45,154 nt of DNA from Dicyema japonicum. Its lineage: Eukaryota > Animalia > Dicyemida. A model generated the notes under the pieces. That model made no database searches, was not told the DNA's origin, and was given only the letters and a program-made list of their open reading frames with translations. The stretch is taken from NCBI GenBank assembly GCA_011109175.1, contig RDEW01000024.1, positions 856,656 to 901,809 of the forward strand, given 5' to 3'. The translations under genes and the position numbers were made by a program. Shown in pieces: positions 11,200-20,663 of the stretch (position 1 is its first letter; each line of letters begins with the position of its first letter).

Positions 11200-12915
11200 T
11201 TTATTTACTTTTTTTGTGCGAATTCATGTGTCTATAAAGGATCAAATCCATAGATTGCACATTCATAATATAAATGATTTTTAAAATTATTAAGATATTT
11301 CAAAAATGTGGTTAATAACCAAAATATCATTTAAAAAAAGTTTCAAATAGAAAATTGGTTTGGGTTAAATTAATTCAAGTGTACACAGAATACTTATCCA
11401 GTTGATGTACATGTTATGTAGATCAAATTCTGAGAAAAAGATACAGAAAGTCAATCTGTGTATAAATATGAAATTCCAAAGTTAAATAAACTTCGTTCAT
11501 ATATATTTTATGTAATAAAATTAGAATTTGATTCCAAGTCCCCAAGGAAATCCTTTTGATAAAGTAACGAGTTTTTTCCAAGTACATTTGAACGTCTTGT
11601 CGGATAACATTGTAAATTTTGGTGTTTGTCAGGAAAAAATGTGTACGCAATTTTGTGAACAAACATAATTTTGAAGTTAATTAAAATTTGATAATTTGTC
11701 ATTAGACAAAGATTCTTTTCGATGCCATCGAAGATAAAAAAAAACGTTTTTATTACGTGAAGTGAGATTAGAGAGAGGAGGAAATTGAATTGAAATATAA
11801 GCAAATATTTTGTGATGTGTATGGAGTTCAATCGAAATGACAATAAATAAGGTTAAAACCTTTGATGAATATTTATAGTCGAATTCAGACTGAAATCTTG
11901 AATGATGTTAGTCAGTGGTTTGTTATTTCTTAATATATTTTCCAGTAAATTGTAAAATTTGATTAATAGAGATTGGATTAAGAAATCTTGGAGAAGGTAA
12001 TATAATTTTTAATAAATAGGCGAGTTAGAAGATACCAATTCATTAATTAAAAGTATAACTAGTCATTCCTATAGTTTCTACTACTCTGTCGACGACAGCA
12101 GGTTTAATGATTAGTAATTCCTATAGCTTCTATTACTACGACGACGACAGCAGGTATAATGACTGTTTATTTACGTCAGATTCTACCATTCCATTAACTA
12201 AAGGTATAATGACTAGTCATTTCCCTAGCTTCTTTCACTTTATGATATCTATTTCCTGAAGGTATAATGAATAATCATTTCCGTAGTTTTTGCTAATCTA
12301 TTGATGAGAGAAGGTTTAATGACTAGTCATTCCTCTAGCTTCTACTACTCCGTCGACGGCTGAAGGTTTAATGACTAGTTATTCCTATAGATTCACCTAA
12401 TCCGTAGACGACTACAGGTTTAATGACTGTTCATTATCGTCAGATTCTACCACTCCATTGACTGAAGGTATAATGACTAATCATTTCCCTAGCATCTTTC
12501 ACTTCATGGAATCTATTTCCTGAAGGTATAATGACTAATCATTTCCCTAGTTTTTGCTACTCTATTGATGAGAGCATGTTTAATGACTAGTCATTCCTCT
12601 AGCTTCTACTACTCCGTCGACGGCTGAAGGTTTAATGACTAGTCATTCCTATAGCTTCTACTACTCCGTCGACGACAGCAGGTATTATGACTGTTCATTA
12701 ACTTTTGCTTCTACCACTCCATTGACTGGAGGTAAAATGACTGATCATCGCGCTAGCATCAACCAATCCATCAGCAAGTAATCTGACAGCAAGTATTTTG
12801 ACTAATACAACCTACGAAAATATTAATTAGTTTGATTCATTTGTTTTTTGTTGAGTAATAATATGTCTTCTTTATTTATATCATACAATTATTGTGTATT
12901 TTCTAGACATTTATT
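11200..12915 (+). pseudogene. Putative decayed cell-surface protein gene (FN3-like strand motif, S/T-rich stalk, hydrophobic segment)
   Basis: YKYEIPKLNKLRSYIFYV at 11461-11514; mini-introns 11945-11969 and 11997-12019 lead in phase 1 into the micro-exon array; hydrophobic FVFC*VIICLLYLYHTIIVYFL near 12840-12910. In-frame stops prevent a clean model. Confidence 0.4.
12053..12787 (+). repeat. Tandem array of 14 intron + micro-exon units (50-58 bp) with a 264-bp higher-order period
   Basis: Units start at 12053, 12102, 12154, 12204, 12262, 12314, 12366, 12418, 12468, 12526, 12578, 12630, 12682 and 12732. Each is GT(A/T)TAATGACT...AG (22-26 nt; the 12682 unit ends TG) plus 24/27/33 nt of exon-like sequence. 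Unit lengths 52,50,58,52,52 recur at +264. Confidence 0.93.
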
Positions 12916-12981
12916 CTTTTTTTCTTATTTTTTCTCTTTTAATGTAATCAAACTCTTATTTATTTTTTTAATCAAAAATCT

Positions 12982-13760
12982 TTAAACAACTAATTTAGTT
13001 AGTTTATCGTAAATTTGCCGGAATACTATCTGAGCACACGGAAAAGGTGCAAGACTGCTGAGATAGGCGTAAGTGATCACATTAGTACTAGGATTCCTGG
13101 GAGCTGGAAAATATCTCATAAATATATTAAATAGCTGAGGACTCAAGACTGATCCTTGTGGCAGTCCCCTCTTCATAACAATCTCTTCAGAAATAAATCC
13201 TCCACATCTCATAAATGATCCCTGTCAGGAGATTTCTTTACCAATCAAGTAAAACTTTGAGATTCCAGCTACGACAAGCAGATAATAAAGTGTGTCATGC
13301 TAGACACTATCGAAGGCCTTCGATATATCTAGACAGACGACACTCAGCTGATATTTGAAATTCCTGGCCTTCTCAATCTCAGAGTTCAAGATGAAAAAAC
13401 AATCTCCGCATGATTTCCAAGGATTGTTTCTTCCTGAGAAAATATGGGGATCCGACATGACTTGTAAGTCTTTTATAAATAAGCCTCTCCATGATTTTTG
13501 AAATTTGGCCTACTAGACTACTAGGTCTGTAACTTAAGAGATCTGTCCTCGATTTTCCTAGTTTTGGGATCATCCGAATAATGGAATTGATTGTATAAAA
13601 TAGAAGCACATTTTGTGTTGACTGGATCCTGGATTTTAAAGATGCTTTTGTAATGTCGAGTTTTAGATGACCTTTTGAAAGAATGTTCTTTTTATGTTGA
13701 AAAAATGAGCAAGGGGTCCAAGGTCACTCCAAAAATTCTTTGATGTGTCTGTATGGGAAT
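12982..13760 (-). mobile_element. Non-LTR reverse transcriptase remnant (Jockey/I-like)
   Basis: MIPKLGKSRTDLLSYRPSSLVGQISKIMERLIYKRL; LSVVCLDISKAFDSV; GLPQGSVLSPQLFNIFM. Disrupted. Confidence 0.85.
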
Positions 13761-14229
13761 AAGTTTTTACATAAATGTTGATATCTAGACAATCCTTTTG
13801 TCACCGGTCAGTGGTAAAATATTAAATGTGAATTTTCAGAATGAACGTATAGTCAGTTCGAATTCAGCCAAGTCTACGGGTGTGTAGGTGTGACCTACGT
13901 TGATACGTTTTTATTCAACTTCAAGGGTGTTATACTCCTTAATCTACTATATTTGTGTATAAGATGGTTTTTATCTTCAAAGAAGGAGATCTTATTGCTC
14001 CTAGAGAAAACAAGGATTGCTGCGATTAAGCTCTCTCTACACAAGAAGCTGAGTGATAGTCTACGCCAGGAGGAACATATGATGCTAGTATAGAAGAACC
14101 AAATAGCAGAACTGTGAAGTTTATAGATGGTTTCAAGAGGAATTCAAAAATCGAGGACACATACGTAAAAATGAGAGAACCTTTTGAAGAGAATGAACAA
14201 AGGAGGAGAATCCATATATAGGCTCCAAG

Positions 14230-14438
14230 CCTTGAGGTAGGACTCCAAATTACACAGATAATTTGTCGGAAATTGCAACAAGGTGGTGATCTTTATTACA
14301 GAACACCCGAAGAGTTGTGTTTCAAAAGTAATTGCCATTTTCGATGTCAGGCAGACTATATTTTTTATGTGCAAACTATATTTTAAACAGTATTAGTTTA
14401 ACAGACCATCGGTCCGCGGACACAAGTTGGGGACCACT
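14230..14438 (-). mobile_element. hAT (Charlie-like) remnant: terminus plus dimerisation-domain fragment
   Basis: Minus strand starts AGTGGTCCCCAACTTGTGTCCGCGGACC (Charlie-type end); TLLQFPTNYLC resembles hAT ILLPFxTTYLCE. Confidence 0.55.
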
Positions 14439-15261
14439 TGTTTAAAGTACTGAGGTGTTAGCAAGATATATGCAAACTGGTTTTTAATTTGGAGGAATCA
14501 AATTCGATTTATGTTACATCCATAGTCATTAAAAATTGATAATAGACAGTGTACTTTGTGGTTTCGAAATAGTCAGAGACTCGTCCAATATGTCCTGGAA
14601 ATCATCCCTTCTATTCTTGATTAGTAGTCATCAATTAAACTGATGAGATGTGAGTAATCTTAGACTCAGGTCAGTTCAACTATATAGTCAGAGTTATCTA
14701 TAAAGTCACGACTTACAAAAGTTTTTAAATAATTTCGTCATTCATTGCATCGCTGCTATCATCCGCTTTTCCAGAAATTTAATTCAAGAAAGTACATGGA
14801 AAACTAAACTCCCATGGTTTATAATGTAGTATTGACAGAAATAATTGTGCTATTAAAGGATTCTTGGACTGCTGTTGCAGTCGCTTATAATGGTAGTGTT
14901 AAAGTCATTAAGAACTTAGTAGAGGAAACTTTAAATCTTAGTTGAGCGAAGCTATGTGATACAACGTAATAGTATCATTCAAATGACGTCCTTTTGAACG
15001 ATTCCTCAGTTAAAAAATTATGTTCTTGACTCAATCGATATTTTGTAAAATTGTCAATGGCTCAAATTCACATTATTTAAAAAAATAAGTAATTAATAAT
15101 TTTATTAATTTTATTAAATGAATTAAAATTCAAAGTATTTTTGTTTTTGTTGGTGTGATACACTATGGCTTTAGTGGCAAAAATAATAAGTCTGTTTAAC
15201 TTCGTGTAAAAAGCAAAAAATGGATTCAGTATGTTTATAGTAATTAACCATAGATTGCATG

Positions 15262-15590
15262 ATAATGTAATTATCAGGTGATACACGTGCTATTTTATGC
15301 GTGAAGTTTTCCCCAGTTGGTAATTTATTTGCATTTGCTGGGATATATCAAGTTATGACTTCGTCAAGTCTCTGCATTTAAGGATTATGAATACTGTCTG
15401 AGAATGTGAAAATTTTTATTCTCTGGTGGACACACTGGATGTGTTCTTAGATTTGCACAATTCTTTGTATGTGTTTTTGTGTAAACTTTACGATATTCAT
15501 ATTTTCTATTTAATCTAATTTTCGCTAATTTTTATTATTAAATTTTAGTCTGTTTAATTTCTGGTGGAATTGACAATGATATAAAAGTTT
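15262..15590 (+). pseudogene. SNRNP40: U5 snRNP 40-kDa WD40 protein-like pseudogene fragment
   Basis: IM*LSGDTRAILCVKFSPVGNLFAFAG (cf. IMLLSGHEGEVYCCKFHPNGSTLASAG), SGGHTGCVL (cf. GHSGAVM) and LISGGIDNDIKV (cf. IISGGIDNDIKV) occur in the correct order. There is an in-frame stop and the middle WD repeats are missing. Confidence 0.7.
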
Positions 15591-17524
15591 ATATTTACTA
15601 TACCACATGGCGAAAAGTTATTTGGTGCTGTGTGGGTACGTGAATTGAAGATTATTTGTTTGATTCTTCCCTTTTGGTTCCAGGGAGCTTCAATTGTTAC
15701 CGTGCGTCATGTGGTTCACCATCTTTGGTGGCGCAGGTACAATCCTAAAATATATCCAAAAAGAACCATTAGTCAGCATCCATCAAGAAGAGTTTTCCGT
15801 GGAGGGCATTTCTTTAAAGTCAGAGGATGCGAAGACTTCTGAAAGAGGCAGGGGTCACCTGAATTGTTCATTCTGGCTATGACGGTGTTTTTTGGTTCAA
15901 TAAATTTAAAACTATATTTTTAGACTGATTTGGGATTGAAGAAATGAAGTTGTCTTTACAAGCATCTGCCCATACTTACACTATAACTGGTTGAGTTCAG
16001 AAGGTTTTTTCAAATGTAATGGACAAAATTGGTTGGTCTTTAATTGTTAATGTTAGTTCGTATTTCGAATATTTCTACATTTGTAACTCAAACTAATCGT
16101 TTTTGTAAATATTTTCGGGTTTAGTCATGTTAATTAAGGCGTTTGCTATTATTTGATAATTTAGTTTCTTCGAGGGCTTCATGGTCACCTGACTGGTTAG
16201 TGTAGGATCTTCAGATAAGTTTGTTTATGCATGAGATTCTACAACTACTAATATTTCCTGGCATCTGGATAAGTCAAGAAACTGATTTACAACCACATGA
16301 ACCAATTAGTGACTTTCAATTTGATTTCTAGTCCATCTGTTTTAAATGATGGACGAGTTACTTTTGAGAGATTTAATTTTTTGTCATCCTACGGGTCTCA
16401 TGAAGTTTTTCAAATTTGTCTAGATTTCATGTTTTTTAACATTTTAAGGGAAATACATAACACTCATAGTTGTCAGAGAAATTTAATATAAAAATAATCT
16501 GTAAATTCATAAAAATAATGGAATTTAATGTTCATTCTAGTGAAAATTAGTACCAAATCATGTATTAGAATACTGGAATCAGTGGGTTGCCTGTACGATG
16601 GGAACTCCAAGGCGTTGTGAAAACCATCATCGTTTGCAATTGTATTCCCCATTTTGTTGCCTGTTCCTATAGCCATTCTTAAAATCGCTTAAAAAGGTTA
16701 CAGAGGCGATGGACAATACGAAAACGATTTCCAATAGCTAAGTATTTTTTAGTCTCCTCCGCTCGACTTCAGACCATGCTTGATGATTTCACGAACCTTC
16801 AGGAGGTCCATCTTTTTTCGGTCAGCCATGATACTACAATGACAATGTATCTATGCTTGGATGTTGGTAAACGTTGAGCCAACATCTTCTATTTTCTATG
16901 CGTGTCGTCCGGAGACAATCAAGGTGGTGCTGACTAAAGAACTTCTTTACCTCTTAAGGGAAGCCCTCCAAAGAACCTTGTCCAATAATTTTTTGATACA
17001 GATTACCCACGGGAAAGTCAAAACCTAATCTCTCACATTGTCCGAACTTTCGATGTAGCCTTATCGAACGAGTTATTAGAAAAGTTATGTAAGATCTCAG
17101 TTATGAAGTAGTAATTTGAAGCACATGAAAAAAAATAGACAGGAAGTGTAAATACATCACCACTATATTAATCGGAAGTTGATATTAGGACCAACTCGGG
17201 CTGTCATTTTGATGTCTAGGCTGTCCATACTTTTAAAATATTAAATAATGATCTAAGGTTGTCAAGAGGAAAAGACAAACCTTCATGAGGAACAGGCTTA
17301 TTTTATCATAGTAGCGATTATCTGGTGAAGTATTCGAAGATTCTATGATTTCTATTGTCGTGGATGGTGAAGTCTATTTTGAGATACGTATAAGCCCACC
17401 TTGGGATTACATAATTAAGGGTAAATGTTCTAAGATTAATGATTATTCTTTATGAAAAAGATTATTGGATTCTCTACTTATTGCATATTAATGATTATAG
17501 GATTATTTGATTGTTAGTTGCAGG

Positions 17525-18158
17525 CAGGGGTTGTTAAAAATCATGATTTTTATGAAAAAATTCGAAAAAATCTGATTTTTTATTTAAATCAGATAAGACT
17601 TCTACTCCCACCAAGCTATAGGTGATACTTTGCTCAATAAATTCGGAGCGTACATGTATAGTTTAAATGTAACAGCTTTTGCTCTGAAATTAATCAGAGT
17701 CGGAAGAGCATATTCATAATGTTCAGCACAATATTCCAAGTCGATGTCAATCTAGCAGTTGAAAGAGATCTTCAACTACGTGTTGGATCCATATCAATCA
17801 AATTTTTCTTGATGACGTCGACGTAGTAATGAAATTAATTAAAGCCTTCTATCATCTTTAAAAGGAATTCGCTGATCAATTCACTTACAGGTTTCGACGG
17901 ATTATCAGGAATATCAATATTAGTTCGACAAAACAAATGATGCTGCTTCATCCGAAATACAAGACCTTGTACCTCCTTCCCGCGATTACAGTATTTGGCA
18001 AGACTCATGGTCTTTCCAGGAATAATACGTTTATCGAATTGAACCCACAAGGCATCACGCTTTCTTCCAGACATTAAAAAATCATTTAAAGATTTTTTTA
18101 ATAATTTAAATCATTGATTTTTTTATTAAATTCAAATGATTTAAATCTAACAACCCTG
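17525..18158 (-). mobile_element. Internally deleted non-autonomous hAT element (BED finger plus C-terminal piece)
   Basis: TIRs CAGGGGTTGTTA (17525) and TAACAACCCTG (18158); subterminal GATTTAAATC-type motifs; 8-bp flanks GTTGCAGG / GTAGCAAG (6/8 identical). BED-like MSGRKRDALWVQF..AKYCNRGKEVQGLVFRMKQHHLFC and LINFRAKAVTFKLYMYAPNLLSKVSPIAWW. Confidence 0.85.
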
Positions 18159-20026
18159 GTAGCAAGTAATGAAGAATGTTTAAATCTGTCTGCTATAACT
18201 GTGGGCAGTTTTCTCCACAAGTTGACGACTCAAAATAAAATTAATCCGTTACTTTTTGGGATTAATGATTATAAATTTTTTTCTATTCATTCGTTTGTTT
18301 TATAAATTTTATTAATTAATTAATAAATTTAAATTAATTTTGATCTTGTTGAGTATTTTTTTCCCTGAAAGTTACCTCAAAGTTGAATAATACACCTAAA
18401 CGCCAGTGTCAGGCCGGCACGAAAAAGGATCATTTGCTCTTCTCCACTCCACTGTAGGGGTTTCCACAACTGCATGTAATGGACTTCTTACCTTTTATGC
18501 TGATACCTGATGGAGTCTGTTTCTGTAGAAGTGGAAACTGGATACACTTAAATAGTTGTTTACTTTAACTTCTTTCTCGGTGTATCCGGAGTTGGTTAAT
18601 AAATAAATAATCGACGAAACCACACTTCCAATTACTTGTTAGAAAACTATTAAGATTACAAGGAATTTAAAAAATCCTTTATTTCACACAATCTTTTAAC
18701 AGTTCCAAACTGAGTGCCCTCATAGTTTTATGTTTCAATAATCTATTTAAGGAAACCCATCAAATTCTACATATACTTCGTCTACTTTAATATGTGCGAC
18801 ACATGGATTTACTTCCACATATTTATTTTGTTAAATGCGTGAATTGCAGGCATTTTGTCCTTCTGCTGAATTTCTTCATCTAGAAAACGTCGACTTATTT
18901 TATTAAAGTGATGCTTGTAACTTTTTAGATTTTTTCTCACCGCTTTGTGTCAAATTAACGGCGTTATGAATAAATCCGATTTCGCTTACTGCTTATCTGA
19001 TTATTTAGTGCTTAAGAATGTAAAAAATACTGATATTTTGCACAAAATCGTGATAACTTAACTTTATTCCCAAAAATAGGATTACTATCAATACCCCTCT
19101 GGATTCATCAAATTCTGTAAATTTCACCTGTTTTGCACAAAATGATTTCTCTGCCCGACGGATTTTTGGAGAAGAGTGCGTATTTATGTTCTGCCAGCAC
19201 CTTTTATAACCACGTGGATAGACATACTAGTGTCCTAAAAATGCAGGAAGAATCATCACCTAGTTGTCATTAGTAGTCTGTTCCATCAACTCAACTTCCA
19301 TTTTTTTTTCACGAATTTTTAAACAGGTTGTTCCCTAAAGTAAGAAATTTAGATTTTTGTCGTGGAAGCTGAGACTTACTATCTGGTTTAATTGACCAAG
19401 GTGTGCTTGATTCCGGCGAAACAGGTGGATATTTTAGATAACTTTCTAGATGGCCATTTATCGGAAAATAGACGACCTCGTTCACTGTTAGCCTGCTTTT
19501 TGTTTTTAAACCTGCTTATTTGGGTTTTTTGACTTTTATGATTGTAGACAGAGTCTCATCCACGAACTGGAATAACAATTTTGAGATATTTGAAGGAAAT
19601 ATCTCTCCCGATGATCAGTACAATCTTCAACTCCAAGTAAACAACTTTGAACATGATGAAAGCTTTTTGTGAGATTTATTTATGTTATTTTCTAAGAAAT
19701 AAATCCATCAAGCTTCTTAGTATTTGTATGGACCCCAATTCTACTGCGAGTACGTAATTTAACTGATAACAGATGTTTATACCGCAATTGATTGTGATTG
19801 GCTTTTTCGTTGTGTTAACATATTTAGCTGTGTTTTGATAGGTGGAATAGAGTGGGATTTATTAGATCAATTTACCCTTCAACTTCGAAGCTTCGGAGCA
19901 TCGGTGCTTTTGTCCATAAACTTCACTTCAGAGATAATTCTTACTCTGAAATCAAGAGTGACTGTCTCGCTCCATGCAGGTTACGCGAATTCTAAGCGCT
20001 ACACTTTGACCTTGGATTTTTTTGGA

Positions 20027-20663
20027 TGTTGACATCTAAAGTCAATTAACCACAATTAATTCACTATTTATTCATAAATCGAATTATCCGCATAAGAAAA
20101 AAGCATATTAAAAGTATGATCAAAACTTCTAAGAATACAATGATATTGTTTCATATCTACAATGCAAGATCATCAACCAAAATTTTACACGAATGCAAAA
20201 ATTTAGGTTTATTAAGAAACCAATTTTTTTGGTTGTTGGAATGTTCTATAAACTCTATACAAATGATGAGGCTCATAAACAATGTTATGGCTCAAGACGA
20301 TATTCAAACTATGAAGATAGAATGCATGAAACAGCATTTGACCACTCATTATGGAATCAATAAACTGAAAGAATTATGCGACAATTATTATTTCACCATC
20401 CACAGATCCATCATACGTGATTTATGTTCCTGATCCACAACATGTTCACAAAGCCAACCGTTAAAAGCTTAAATTCCATTTGATTCACATTAAAGCAAAG
20501 TTTCCTTGTGAAAGATTTCAAATGGACTTAATGGATTTAAGTCGATGGTCCCAGGCCAATGATGGCTTTAAATATATATTTAATATTATTGACGTATATT
20601 ACAAATTTGTTTTGCAAAGCGATCGTCTCAAAAGAAGCAACAGTTATTTGTGTTGATGTCACA
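20027..20663 (+). mobile_element. GIN/Ginger-type (KRBA2/SCAND3-like) integrase remnant, left-arm copy
   Basis: HLTTHYGINKL..YYFTIHRSIIRDLCS..TCSQSQP (HHCC-like), then KAKFPCERFQMDLMDLSRWSQANDGFKYIFNIIDVYYKF (rve start). Ends TGTTGACATC ... GATGTCACA. Confidence 0.75.

Noticed and set aside
12053-12787. CRISPR-like look (palindromic repeat with ~27-nt spacers)
   Set aside because: The spacers are homologous to each other and recur at a 264-bp period, there are no cas genes, and the context is eukaryotic.
14830-15000. LTLPLxATATA, hAT dimerisation-like words on the minus strand
   Set aside because: Too short and degenerate to call.
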